From Oculatellaceae cyanobacterium bins.114 (lineage in GTDB: Bacteria; Cyanobacteriota; Cyanobacteriia; Elainellales; Elainellaceae), in the NCBI GenBank assembly GCA_033764315.1, contig JANRJA010000035.1:1-39253 (forward strand): a stretch of 39,253 nt of DNA. The letters run 5' to 3'. Below the pieces are notes generated by a model. That model was not told the origin of the DNA. It did no database searches and saw only the letters and a program-made list of their open reading frames with translations. A program made the translations under genes and the position numbers. This document shows, piece by piece, positions 8,058-19,500 of this stretch (the stretch's first letter is position 1; every line of letters begins with the position of its first letter).

Positions 8058-10958
8058 CTATGCATCTAAAAGATGCCGAATGGTCGCCACCAGTTGCTTG
8101 AGTTTCACAGGCTTTGCAAGATAGTCGTTGGCTCCTGCCTTTAAACAGCGATCGCGATCGCCCTCCATCGCCAAAGCCGTCAAAGCAATAATTGGAATAT
8201 TGGCTAAATGGAGATCTTGACGGATAGTTTGAATAGCGGTTAGACCATCCACTCCTGGCATTTGAATATCCATCAAAATTAAATCAGGACAATGCATTTG
8301 GGTCAGGTCAATCGCTTCCTGTCCATTTCTAGCAATCAACATCTGATAATCATGCACCTCTAAATAACTAGAGAGCGTATCAATATTACCCTGGTTGTCT
8401 TCTGCTAACAAAATAATGGGGCGATCGTCTACAAATACTTGCTCTGTCGATCGGGAGGTCAGTACTTCAGATGAAACAGTGCAAGTTTGCTTGTGATATA
8501 TGTCTGTTGACAAAGTAGGGAATACCATCTCTTGATGGCTGGAACGGTAGGGTAATCGCACCGTAAAACAACTCCCCTGACCTAACTGGCTCCTGAGGCT
8601 GACAGAGCCTCCGTGAAGTTCAACAATTTGTTTCACCAGAGTCAATCCCAATCCGGTGCCTTCATAGTGACGATTGAGGCTGCTATCAATTTGCACAAAG
8701 GGGCGGAATAGTTTCGTTTGATCTTCTGGGGCGATACCAATACCCGTATCAGTTATAGAAAACAGAATCCAGTGGTCAACAACCAAGTTCTCTGAATGCT
8801 GGCTCTTCTCTAAAAGGGTATCTTCAGGGCTATCAGGAATGTTTGGCGGATCACAACTCGACTTTTGAATCGTCACTTCAAGCGTAATTTGACCGCAGGC
8901 AGGCGTAAATTTAACAGCATTATTGAGCAAATTGATCAGCACTTGTCGGATTCGACGCTCATCTATCTCAATCGCACCTAAGTTTGGGGGCAAAGACGTA
9001 ATGAGCCGAATCTGTTTTTTAAGTGCATCTTGTCTGATAAATACAAGACTAGAAGCACAAAGATGGTCAATCGAAACTGTAGAAATATCTAACTCTAGCT
9101 TGCCAGCTGAGATTTTTGAGACATCTAAAATGTCATTAATCAGTTGCAGCAGATGTTTCCCACTGTTAGAAATAACCTCAACATATTGATGTTGTTTGGC
9201 GTTGAGTTCCCCAAATATTTCTTCCTTTAGGGTTTCAGACATGCCTAAAATAGCTGTCAATGGGGTTCGCAATTCGTGGCTCATATTGGCGAGAAACTCG
9301 TCTTTGAGGCGGGTAGCACGGGCGAGTTCTTCGTTGGTGCGTTGCAGTTGGGCTTCTGATTCTTTGCGATCGCTAATATCACGCACAAAAAAGACCACTT
9401 CATCATTTCCGCAAGGGGCAACGCGCACCTCTTCGTAGTGAGGTTTGTCCTCTAACCAAATTTGTTGTTCATAACTCTGCACAGTCTGAGTTGCAAGAGC
9501 CTGTTGCATAGCATCATATTGAGTCTTGGCGTGAACGCCTGAACCATTTGAAGCTAACCCTTCAAAAATACTTTTGCCAATCACTTGAGCAGGCTCCACC
9601 ATATTGTTAGGCTGGGATGTTAAAAAATCAACATATTGACCGTTGCGATTAACCCGAAACACTAAGTCGGGTAACGCCAATAGTGTGGCTCGTGCCCTTT
9701 CTTCGCTGCGTTGTAGAGCCTCTTGAATGGCTTTGCGATCGCTAATATCCATTGCAATTCCAAATAGTCGATTCACATGTCCTGTTGAATTGCAACTGAC
9801 TTCTGCTTTCGCAAAGATATACCCAGACGAACCATCAGCTCGGATGATCTTGAGATCAGTGGCATAAGGTTCCCCATACTGAATGGCTCGATCGACTAAG
9901 TTGATAAAGTGTGATCGATCATGCGGTGGAAAATAATTTTGAATCAGTTGTTCATAGGTTGGTGCAGCCTCGTCTGGATTTAGCCCAAATATATTAAAGA
10001 TCTCAGCCGACCAAGCTAGTTCTTTCGTTTGCACATCTAACTCCCAACTGCCCAGCCGAGCCACCTGTTGCGCTTCGCGCAAGCGAGCCTCACTCTGTTG
10101 CAAAGCCGCAGTTCGTCGCTCTACCCGCTCTTCCAAGTCGCGGTTTAGTTGTTGCAGTGTAGATTCAGACCGTTTGCGATCGCTAATATCGAGATGAGTG
10201 CCGATCATCCGCAAAGGGTTGCCAGCCTCATCCCATTCCACCACCTTGCCCCGTGCCAACACCCAAACCCAGGTGCCCGACTTGTGACGCATCCGCATTT
10301 CGCATTCATAGACCTGAATTTCTTGGCTAAAGTGTTGTTCCAGTAAAAGATTTGCTTTTTGCAAGTCTTTAGGATGGGTATTATGTCGCCACGTTTCAAT
10401 CCCAATCGGTTCTAGTTCTTGCAGAGTATAGCCAATCATCTCTGCCCAACGGTCATTAAACGTTACAGTTCCAGTTTGAACCGACCAATCCCATAAGCCG
10501 ATTCCCGATCCTTCAATCGCGAGTTGCAAACGTTCTTTGGTTTGATCAAGTTCAAGGGTGGCTTGTTGACGCTCCACCCGAATCCGAGCATCTCGCACTT
10601 CTCGCCGCACGGCCTCTGGCAATCGGGTTAAGTTTCCCTTCATCAGGTAATCATGAGCACCCGCTTTCATCAATTCCACGGCCAATGTTTCCCCAATCGT
10701 GCCTGATACAACGATAAAGGGAATATCGAGTTGACTGTGCTTTAAAATCTCCAAAGCCGTTGGGGCATCAAATCCGGGTAGCCGATAATCTGAAATGAGC
10801 ACATCCCACGAGCGGTAGGGCAACATTGTAAGCAGGGCGTCAGCCGTTATCACCCGCTCCCAAGTGACATCAAAGCCACCTCGACGCAGTTCTCGGAGCA
10901 CTAACAGGGCGTCGTCTTCCGAGTCTTCAACAATCAGGACGTTCAGCGGCTCATTCAT
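8058..10958 (-). CDS. Hybrid histidine kinase REC-PAS(x3)-HisKA-HATPase-REC
   Basis: N-terminal REC (VEDSEDD, ISDYRLP, DYLMK); H-box MSHELRTPL; N/G/F boxes; C-terminal REC LMDIQMP. Confidence 0.95.
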   Translation of the reverse strand: MNEPLNVLIVEDSEDDALLVLRELRRGGFDVTWERVITADALLTMLPYRSWDVLISDYRLPGFDAPTALEILKHSQLDIPFIVVSGTIGETLAVELMKAGAHDYLMKGNLTRLPEAVRREVRDARIRVERQQATLELDQTKERLQLAIEGSGIGLWDWSVQTGTVTFNDRWAEMIGYTLQELEPIGIETWRHNTHPKDLQKANLLLEQHFSQEIQVYECEMRMRHKSGTWVWVLARGKVVEWDEAGNPLRMIGTHLDISDRKRSESTLQQLNRDLEERVERRTAALQQSEARLREAQQVARLGSWELDVQTKELAWSAEIFNIFGLNPDEAAPTYEQLIQNYFPPHDRSHFINLVDRAIQYGEPYATDLKIIRADGSSGYIFAKAEVSCNSTGHVNRLFGIAMDISDRKAIQEALQRSEERARATLLALPDLVFRVNRNGQYVDFLTSQPNNMVEPAQVIGKSIFEGLASNGSGVHAKTQYDAMQQALATQTVQSYEQQIWLEDKPHYEEVRVAPCGNDEVVFFVRDISDRKESEAQLQRTNEELARATRLKDEFLANMSHELRTPLTAILGMSETLKEEIFGELNAKQHQYVEVISNSGKHLLQLINDILDVSKISAGKLELDISTVSIDHLCASSLVFIRQDALKKQIRLITSLPPNLGAIEIDERRIRQVLINLLNNAVKFTPACGQITLEVTIQKSSCDPPNIPDSPEDTLLEKSQHSENLVVDHWILFSITDTGIGIAPEDQTKLFRPFVQIDSSLNRHYEGTGLGLTLVKQIVELHGGSVSLRSQLGQGSCFTVRLPYRSSHQEMVFPTLSTDIYHKQTCTVSSEVLTSRSTEQVFVDDRPIILLAEDNQGNIDTLSSYLEVHDYQMLIARNGQEAIDLTQMHCPDLILMDIQMPGVDGLTAIQTIRQDLHLANIPIIALTALAMEGDRDRCLKAGANDYLAKPVKLKQLVATIRHLLDA

Positions 10959-10961
10959 AGC

Positions 10962-11387
10962 TTACAATCCTTCTGGTAATGGCTGATTAATCAATGCCCA
11001 ATACAACCCCAATTGGCGCACTGCCTCAGTGAACTGGTCAATATCAACAGGCTTTCTAACGTAACTATTGGCTCCTAAGCTATAACTCTCAACAATATCG
11101 CGCTCTTCACTAGAGGACGTGAGAATGACTACTGGCAGAAGATGGGTTCGCTCGTTGGCTCGAATCTGTCGTAAGACCTCTAGTCCATCAATTTTGGGTA
11201 GTTTTAAGTCTAGAAGTACAACAGCTGGTAGCGGCTCAATATTAAACACCATTTGTAATGCCTCTTCACCATTTCGAGCGATGAGAATTTCATTGAGGAC
11301 ATTGCCTCGCCGCAATGCTCGGAGAGTCAGTCTCTCATCATCAGGGTTATCTTCAACCAATAGGATTACCCGTAGAGAAGTCATCAT
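10962..11387 (-). CDS. Single-domain response regulator, Rcp1-like (phytochrome-associated type)
   Basis: [28 protein letters not shown]...SY.LGANSY..KP and a C-terminal YW motif. Confidence 0.93.
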   Translation of the reverse strand: MMTSLRVILLVEDNPDDERLTLRALRRGNVLNEILIARNGEEALQMVFNIEPLPAVVLLDLKLPKIDGLEVLRQIRANERTHLLPVVILTSSSEERDIVESYSLGANSYVRKPVDIDQFTEAVRQLGLYWALINQPLPEGL

Positions 11388-14300
11388 TTAAGCTCCTGTC
11401 CTGATAGATGCATGAGGTACGGTGAAATAAATGGTTGCCCCTTGTTCTATGGCTCCTTCAGCCCAGACCCGCCCCCCATGACGATGGATCGCGCGTTGAA
11501 CGGTAGCTAAGCCAATGCCCGTACCCGGAAATTCATGGGTGTTGTGTAAGCGTTGGAAAACGCCAAAGAGCATGTTGGCATACGCCATATCAAAGCCTGC
11601 TCCATCATCACGGACAAAATAAGTGGGTTGCTCTTCCAGTTGAATGACTCCAAATTCGATGTGAGCGGTGGTGTGGTGACTGGTAAATTTCCAGGCATTT
11701 TGCAACAGGTTAGTGAGAACAACCCGCATCAGTGTGGCATCACCAGAAACAATCACCTCCGGGGCAATCACAGTAGTCACTTGTCGTTCTGGATGGGCTG
11801 CTTGTAGTTCATTAATATGTTCTTGAACCAACGCACTAAGGTTGACAGAGTTATACTGCATCTCAGAGCGAGACACCCGCGATAGGCGTAACAGGTCATC
11901 AATTAACATTCCCATCCGACCAACATTATGACGGATGCGATTAAAGTAGTCTTTGCCTTCTTCGTTAAATTGCTCTCCATAATCTTCTAGTAAAGCTCGG
12001 CTAAAGCCGTCGATCGCGCGGAGTGGCGATCGCAAATCGTGAGAGACAGAATAGGCAAACGCTTCTAGCTCTCGATTAGAAGCTTCCAGTTGAGCTGTGG
12101 TTTGCAGCAGAGTAAGCTCTGCTTGTTTCCGATCGGTGATATCAAAGTTAATGCCAATCATGTGTTGGGGTTCACCTTGCGGATTGCGTTGTACCAGAGC
12201 ATAGGCTTTGATAAAGCGAATGGTGCCATCGGGATGCACCACCCGAAATTCGGGATCGTAATCCTTTTCACCTACCAGAGCTTTTTGAATCGCGGATTCG
12301 GCAAATGGACGATCATCGGGGTGCAAGCTATTTGCCCAGGCATCATAGATATTGGTGAACTGGTCAGAGGTGATGCCATAGAGTTCATACATCCGGTCAT
12401 CCCAGGTGAGAATGTTTTCTGTGACGTTCCAATCCCAAATGGCGATCGCCCCAGACTTTAAAGCCAGAGCCAGACGATCCGAAAGATTCTGCAATTCTTC
12501 TTCTGCGTGCTTGCGCTCAGTAATATCCAAAACAGTGCCAACCAAGTGAGTTGGCTGACCCATTGCATCGACAACCAACTCTCCGCGTGCCTGGACATAT
12601 CTCAACGTCTCATCGCAGTGATAAATTCGGAACTCAATCTCATAGGAGTTAGCCGTTTCAATCGTGGTTTGCACGACATGTTGATGAGGGTCGCGATCGT
12701 CAGGATGAACCTGCTGCTGAAGTTCTTCAAAACTCGGCGGCCCCATTGCCAGGTCACGTCCAAAAATGCGGAACACTTGATCAGACCAGGTGATTTGCTC
12801 AGTTCGCAAGTCAAATTCCCAACTGCCCAACTGGGCAATGCGCTGAGCCGTTTTTAGGTGAGCATCATTTTTGCGGAGAAGTTCTTCGGCTTGTTTTCGG
12901 TCGGTAATATCGCGAGCCGCTGCATAGATTAAGTTATCGTAGGGGCGAGAATACCATTCAATATAGCGATAGGTGCCATCTTTACAGCGATAGCGATTGA
13001 CAAAGGCCAGTATCGTCTCTTGCTCACTGAGAGTGGCGATCGCCTCCAGGGTTGACGCGAGATCATCCGGATGGACAAAGTCTAGGAACTGCTGTCCTTC
13101 GAGTTCTTCAATGGAGTACCCCAAGATCGTCTCCCAAGAGCGATTGAGACGACGGAAATTGCCTTCAATATCAGCAATACACAATAAATCCAATGCCACA
13201 TTAAAGAATCGTTCTATTTCTTCTTTAGCGTGGTTGAGTTGTTCTTCCGTTTGTTTGGTTGGGGTGATGTCGATATGGCACCCGATCAACCGTAGGGGAT
13301 TGCCTGCCTCGTCCCATTCGATTACCCGTCCTGTGCAGATTACCCAAACCGTAGAGCCATCTTTGTGGCGATATCGTAGCTCGTTGTAATAGGGAATCGT
13401 TCCGTGGCTCTGGACATGGTTTGTGTAACTGGTTGTGGCCTTGGGCAAATCTTCCGGAAAAATCAACTGCTTCCAGGTTTCAGGGGAGTTCAAAAGTTCA
13501 TGATCGGCATACCCAAACATCTTTTTAAAGCCAGGGCTAATGTATTGCTGGTGGTTCACCAGATCAGCATCCCAATATCCCGCTAGAATCGTGTCAAGAA
13601 TGTTTTCTAGAAGGTGCAGTTCTCGACGAGTTTGTTCAGCTTGTAAGCGTTCGGCCTCAGCTTGTTTGCGATCGCTAATATCAGTGTGGGTGCCCAACAT
13701 GCGGAGTGGTTGCCCGTTGGCATCCCACGTCACAATTTTGCCCAATGAGAGAATCCACTTATAGTCACCTGTTTGGGTGCGTTGGCGAAATTCCACCTTG
13801 TATTCTGGAAGAAGGCCTGCCAAGTAGTCTTGATAAACCTGACCCACTCTTGGGCGATCGTCGGGGTGCAACCGCTCTATCCACTTAACGTTCGTTTCCT
13901 GAAACGTAGCTGGATCATAGCCCAACATCGTGGCATATTCAGGCGTCACGATGGCTTCTCCCGTTTGCAGGTTGAGGTCATAAAGTCCCTGGTTAGCAGC
14001 CTCTAACGCTAGACGCAACCGTTCTTCATTAATTAGGAGTCGTTGTTTATCTTGAATTCGTTCCTGGGCATTGGCGATCGTTTGCCCCATAACGCCCAAA
14101 AGCCTTTTCATCTCATCGTTCCAGGTCATTGCATGGCTAAAAGAGGCAAATCCCATAAAGCCTGTGACCATTGATTTTTCAACGATAGGAACAGACAACA
14201 CAGCTCTCAGGTTAAATTGTTGCAAACCCGCTTGATCAAGCAATGCTTCAGCGGGTAACTCTGTCACATCAGGCACATAAACAATGTCTCGCTGCTTTAA

Positions 14301-16517
14301 CCTGTTAGTAGACCAAGGAAATGCCTCCATAGGAATTGACTGGGCGATCGCTATTTGTCGCAGGCAGCCCGGTTTGCTCCATTCGTGAGTCATGCTCATC
14401 GTTGGGGCATCTGTGTCAAATTTAAACAGGAAGCTGTGATCAACCTGAGTGATTTCCCCAATCAGTTGCAGGGTGCGTTCAATCTCAGTATTTAAATCGG
14501 CTGGGCTGAGATCCACAAACCGACTGGTGATTTCAGCAATCAGTTGGTTAAAGTCTCGCTGAATTTGCAGGGCTTGCTCGGTGGCTTTGCGATCGCTAAT
14601 ATCTGTAATCGTACCCACATAACCCACGATTTCCCCAGAGCCGCCTCGCTCTGCCACGGCTTGACCCAATACCCAGGTCACTTGCCCTGTGGCATTTTGA
14701 AACCGATATTCTAGAGAAAAGGGGCGATTTGCCCGAATCGCGATATTCCATTCTGTGGATACCAAGTCTCGATCATCGGGATGGATGCCATTGACCCAGC
14801 CAAAGCCTGTAGCTTGTTCTGGATGAAGTCCTGCAATTTGGCACCAGCGTTCATTAACATAGAGACAACGCCCATCGGTATCCGTTTGAAAAATCCCCAC
14901 AGGAGCCGTTTCAGTCAGCGTTAAGTAGCGTTGCTCACTAGCCCGCAAACTGGCTTCAATCTCCTGTCGTTTGGTTAACTCTGCCTGCGCCTGCTGATAC
15001 ATGGTTGCCTGCTGAATGGCGATCGCCAATTGAGTTGCGACATGTTCTAGCAGTCCTAATTCTTTAGACAGCCAATCACGTGGCTGGTCTGTCTCGATCG
15101 CACTCAACAGACCCCACAAGCGTTCACTGGTGCAGACAGGAACCAATATTTTTGCCCGCATGTGTAGATTTTGTAACAATTGGCGATGACAGGTTGTCAT
15201 CGGGGCTGTTTCAATATCTGATACCACGCGGATTCGCCCTTGTTGATATGCCTCTATCCAGTCGGTGGTAAAGCAGGGATCGTTCACTCTCTGACCCAGA
15301 TAAGACGGGCGTGAATCTACCTTACTCTCGGCGACTCCAACACTAGTTCCATCTGCCTCTAGCCACCAAATCACAACTCGGTCGCAGTCCAAGAACGATC
15401 GCACTGCCTCGACAGCCGTATCCAAAATCTCTGGCAAGTTTAAAGAAGCTCGAATCTGAGAGGCGATCGTCGCCATCACTTGTTCTTGCTCTGCCCTTGC
15501 CCTTAAATCAGCGGTGCGTTCTTCTACCTGCCGTTCTAATTCAGCGGTGTAATTTTCTAGCAGCTTGACCTTCTCAATTTCGAGCTGCAAGATCCTCTGT
15601 TCTAAAATATTAGATAATGTATATAACTCCAGTGGATTGAGGGCCTGCAATAAACTGGTTTGAGTCACAATGCCCAGCAATTTGCCTTGTTCACCCGTGA
15701 CCACTAACCGCCGAATCGATCGCTGCTCCATGACTTGCTGCACCACCATCAGCGAATCATTAGGGCTAACCGTAAACACAGGCGCACTCATCACCGCCTG
15801 ACTTTCAACGCTCTCTAAACTCAGCCCCAGAGATTGAAATTGAACAATATCCCGTTCGGTCACGATGCCTAAAGGGATCTGAACCTCCCTCCCATTTGCA
15901 TCGATTCGCGTTTCCACAATCAACACTGAGCCAACCCGATGCTCGACCATTCGTTGGGCGATCGCCAACATAGAAGTGGATAACTCAGCGCAAATGACGT
16001 TAGCGGTCATAACTTCTGACACCAGGCGCAACCGCAAGAGATCTACAGGGCGTGCCAGTTGTCGCAAGCTTTCGTGAGTGATGATCCCCAGAAGAGTCTG
16101 GTCTTGATCGAGGACGGGTAAATGGCGAATGCGATGCTGTTGGAGCAGATTCACCGCCGCAAAAAAATTGGTAAAGTCGGCTTGCTGGAGAGTCACGATT
16201 GGAAATGACATCACCTCTTGCACCGTCACAGCATCCAGCGATCGCTGCTGGACACAGAGGCGCACGACATCACTTTCTGTCAAAATGCCAATTATTTCTC
16301 CCCTCTCAATCACTAATACACAACTCGATCGGGCTTCTTGATGGACGTTGTTTAAAGCATCATTGCTCTTATTGGTCGTACAAATAGCTCGAACCCTGCC
16401 CATTTGAGCGATCGCCTCTGTCACTGTTGTATTGGGTGAAACCAATAACGCTTCTCGAACGATCGCAGATTGCAAATCGGCTGAAGTAAGGGGCATTGAA
16501 GCGGTCATCATAAGCAC
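11388..16517 (-). CDS. Histidine kinase CBS(x4)-GAF(DXCF CBCR)-PAS-GAF-PAS(x5)-HisKA-HATPase (Cph1/BphP-type kinase core)
   Basis: CBS motifs (IRHLPV, GIVTERD); GAF with DPCF and CH; H-box FAYSVSHDLRSPLR; FQRLH..EFPGTGIGLA. The true start may be ATG 16511 or 16508. Confidence 0.93.
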   Translation of the reverse strand: MLMMTASMPLTSADLQSAIVREALLVSPNTTVTEAIAQMGRVRAICTTNKSNDALNNVHQEARSSCVLVIERGEIIGILTESDVVRLCVQQRSLDAVTVQEVMSFPIVTLQQADFTNFFAAVNLLQQHRIRHLPVLDQDQTLLGIITHESLRQLARPVDLLRLRLVSEVMTANVICAELSTSMLAIAQRMVEHRVGSVLIVETRIDANGREVQIPLGIVTERDIVQFQSLGLSLESVESQAVMSAPVFTVSPNDSLMVVQQVMEQRSIRRLVVTGEQGKLLGIVTQTSLLQALNPLELYTLSNILEQRILQLEIEKVKLLENYTAELERQVEERTADLRARAEQEQVMATIASQIRASLNLPEILDTAVEAVRSFLDCDRVVIWWLEADGTSVGVAESKVDSRPSYLGQRVNDPCFTTDWIEAYQQGRIRVVSDIETAPMTTCHRQLLQNLHMRAKILVPVCTSERLWGLLSAIETDQPRDWLSKELGLLEHVATQLAIAIQQATMYQQAQAELTKRQEIEASLRASEQRYLTLTETAPVGIFQTDTDGRCLYVNERWCQIAGLHPEQATGFGWVNGIHPDDRDLVSTEWNIAIRANRPFSLEYRFQNATGQVTWVLGQAVAERGGSGEIVGYVGTITDISDRKATEQALQIQRDFNQLIAEITSRFVDLSPADLNTEIERTLQLIGEITQVDHSFLFKFDTDAPTMSMTHEWSKPGCLRQIAIAQSIPMEAFPWSTNRLKQRDIVYVPDVTELPAEALLDQAGLQQFNLRAVLSVPIVEKSMVTGFMGFASFSHAMTWNDEMKRLLGVMGQTIANAQERIQDKQRLLINEERLRLALEAANQGLYDLNLQTGEAIVTPEYATMLGYDPATFQETNVKWIERLHPDDRPRVGQVYQDYLAGLLPEYKVEFRQRTQTGDYKWILSLGKIVTWDANGQPLRMLGTHTDISDRKQAEAERLQAEQTRRELHLLENILDTILAGYWDADLVNHQQYISPGFKKMFGYADHELLNSPETWKQLIFPEDLPKATTSYTNHVQSHGTIPYYNELRYRHKDGSTVWVICTGRVIEWDEAGNPLRLIGCHIDITPTKQTEEQLNHAKEEIERFFNVALDLLCIADIEGNFRRLNRSWETILGYSIEELEGQQFLDFVHPDDLASTLEAIATLSEQETILAFVNRYRCKDGTYRYIEWYSRPYDNLIYAAARDITDRKQAEELLRKNDAHLKTAQRIAQLGSWEFDLRTEQITWSDQVFRIFGRDLAMGPPSFEELQQQVHPDDRDPHQHVVQTTIETANSYEIEFRIYHCDETLRYVQARGELVVDAMGQPTHLVGTVLDITERKHAEEELQNLSDRLALALKSGAIAIWDWNVTENILTWDDRMYELYGITSDQFTNIYDAWANSLHPDDRPFAESAIQKALVGEKDYDPEFRVVHPDGTIRFIKAYALVQRNPQGEPQHMIGINFDITDRKQAELTLLQTTAQLEASNRELEAFAYSVSHDLRSPLRAIDGFSRALLEDYGEQFNEEGKDYFNRIRHNVGRMGMLIDDLLRLSRVSRSEMQYNSVNLSALVQEHINELQAAHPERQVTTVIAPEVIVSGDATLMRVVLTNLLQNAWKFTSHHTTAHIEFGVIQLEEQPTYFVRDDGAGFDMAYANMLFGVFQRLHNTHEFPGTGIGLATVQRAIHRHGGRVWAEGAIEQGATIYFTVPHASIRTGA

Positions 16518-16522
16518 CTTGC

Positions 16523-19500
16523 TTAAAGGGCTAGAAGAGTTTGAATTAACTGAGATAATTCCTTTAAACGTACCGGCTTAGCCAGATATGCAGTGGCTCC
16601 AGCATTCAAACATCGTTCGCGATCGCCCTGCATTACTAAGGCAGTCAGAGCAATAATTGGAGTTTTTGCCAGTGAGGGATTTTGCCGAATCATCTGAATA
16701 GTCTCTAACCCATCCATTCCTGGCATTTGAATATCCATCAAAATGAGGTCAGGATAATGAATTTGAGCTAGGGCGATCGCCTCCTGTCCATTTCTTGCAA
16801 CTAAAACAGAATAACCTTTGACTCCGAGATAGCTAGAGACTGTGTTGATGTTAGCTTCATTGTCTTCTGCTAGGAGAATATTAGGCAAGGGATTTTCATC
16901 AAGTGTAGCGATCGCCTCTCCAGATGAACAATCTTTCAAAGCAACATCATTTAAGTTAATATTTCCTGAAATAGTATTTCCCAAAGTAACATCCCCTGAG
17001 GGGTGTGAGTTAGCCGTCGATGGCAGGGTTACTCCAGTGGGTTTGTCCTCTAAGCGACAGTTATAGGGCAACCGCACCGTAAAGCAACTTCCCTGACCCA
17101 ATTCGCTGCGCAATCCCACAGACCCTCCATGAAGCTCAACGATTTGTTTCACTAAAGTCAATCCCAGACCGGTGCCTTCATAATGCCGATTGAGATTGCT
17201 GTCGAGTTGAATAAACGGTTGAAAGAGTTTGCTCTGATCGGCAGCAGCAATGCCAATGCCTGTATCAATAACAGAAATACAGAGATAGTAATTTTGCAAT
17301 GAACGACACATTGCGTCAGCATCGGTTGGCACTCTTTGGGGTGGCTCTGGACGCTTGACAGATATGCGCTCTGCCAGATTGATCTCAATGGGTTCATGAT
17401 GGACTTCTAGTGTGACTTTTCCCCCCTCTGGTGTAAATTTCACGGCATTGTTTAACAAATTAATCAGTACTTGCAGCATGCGGCGTTCATCAACGGCGAT
17501 GTCTCCCAGATCAGTTGGCAAAACTGTAGTGAGTTGAATTTGCTTCTTAAATGCCTGTTGTTTAACAAATACGAGACTGGAAGCACAAAGATGGTCAATA
17601 GAGACTCTGGAGATATCTAACGTGAGTTTGCCTGCTGCAATTTTTGAAACTTCTAAAATATCGTTAATCAATTCCAGTAGGTGTCGCCCGCTGCGCTCAA
17701 CCGTAGCGATCGCCTTTTTTTGACGATCATTAAGGGTGCCAAACACCTCGTCTTGCAATCCCTCTGACATCCCTAAAATGGCATTGAGTGGGGTGCGCAG
17801 TTCGTGGCTCATGTTCGCCAGAAACTCATCTTTGAGACGAGTCGCACGCAATAGTTCAGCATTGGTTCTTTCTAAGCGTTGTTCATATTCTTTACGGGTT
17901 CTCATATCACGAGCAATAGTGGAGAAAAATTCCACGTCTCCCTGAGGTGATTTATGAGCCAAAATCAGTTGAGATAAGGGAATTTCTCGCCCTTCAACAT
18001 CTAATAAAGCACTCTCTCCAATCCAACTGCCTGTGGCGATCGCCGTTGGCAATCCTTGATTCAAAATCAGGTCTACTGCCCATTGGGGATGGTAGCTAGC
18101 AATTTGGCGTTGCCGAACAATGGTGTTGTTCTCTAAACCACAGATCTGCTTGAGGGCTGTATTGTTCCAAATAATGTTGCCTTCTAGGTCTGACATGCTG
18201 ATGTAGTCGGTCGAGGCTTCTAGGATGGCAATTAATTGACGCTGTTCTTGTTCTAATCGTTTGCGATCGCTAATGTCGGTGACTCGCACCAAATTGAGAG
18301 TGCGCCCAGCTACTGTAATCGGTTTAGCCGCAATATTGCCCCAAAAAATACGTCCCCAGTGCGTAACATACTCTAGTTCTCGACTCCAAAACCCATTGCA
18401 CTGCATGTCTACCGTAATTTGGACTAACTCCTCATCCGAAAAAGGGTGATGTTGCAGAGTGTGTCCCTCAATGCCAATCAGGTCTGCCTTGTCTTCTACT
18501 TCAAAGAGTTGGGTAGCTCGCTGATTACAATCCAGGGTTAACAGAGTCTCAGGATCGACCAAAAACAAGGCATCCGCCGATTCGTTAAAAACAGCCTCTC
18601 GCAAATCTCGGCTATAGCTTAGTTCGGCTTCAGCTTGTTTGCGATCGCTAATATCGGTTTCAGAGCCACTTATCCGCACAACCTGACCAGACTCATTACG
18701 TAAGGCTTGGGCGCGATCGAGCACCCACATATAACTGCCATCTTTGTGTCGGCTGCGATACTCCACTTCAAAAAACTCAGTTTTGCCTGCAAAGTGGTCG
18801 TTAACAGCGGCCATGACGCGATCGTAGTCATCAGGGTGCATTCGACTGATACACTCATCGGGCGAATCTCCAATGGCATCGTCTGCCAACCCTCGCATCT
18901 GCTTCCAACGACTCGAAAAGAAAACTTTGTTGGTGGTCAAATCCCAATCCCAAATGCCATCGTTTGCCCCTCTCAAGGCTAATTGCCAGCGTTCTTCACT
19001 ACTCCGCAAGGCGGATGTGCGCTCCTCAACCCGATGCTCTAGTTCTCGGTTTAACTGTTCTAGAGCCTGAGTCGCCTGGTCACGTTCGATAGCAATGCCT
19101 GCTATGTTGGCGGCCAAAGCAACCACGATCAAGTCATATTTGTTGGGGGTATAAATGTCACGATGGTAAACAGCAAAGGTTCCCAAGACTCGACCGTCAC
19201 TAGTAATAACGGGGACTGACCAGCAAGCCGCTAACCCATGCTCTAAAGCCAACTCTCGATAGTTTTGCCAGAGTGGATCAGTCGCAATATCTGAAACAAT
19301 GACGGTTGCTCGACGAAAAGCAGCCGTGCCGCAGGAACCAACCCCTTCCCCGATCGCCACCCCGTCGATCGCTTGTATATAAGCGGATGGCAAATGGGGG
19401 GCACAGCCGTGGTGTAGCCTGCCGTCATCATCACAGAACAAAATTGAGCATGAGGCTTGATTTAGCAGCCCTTCCATAGAACAAATCAAAGCATTTAAAA

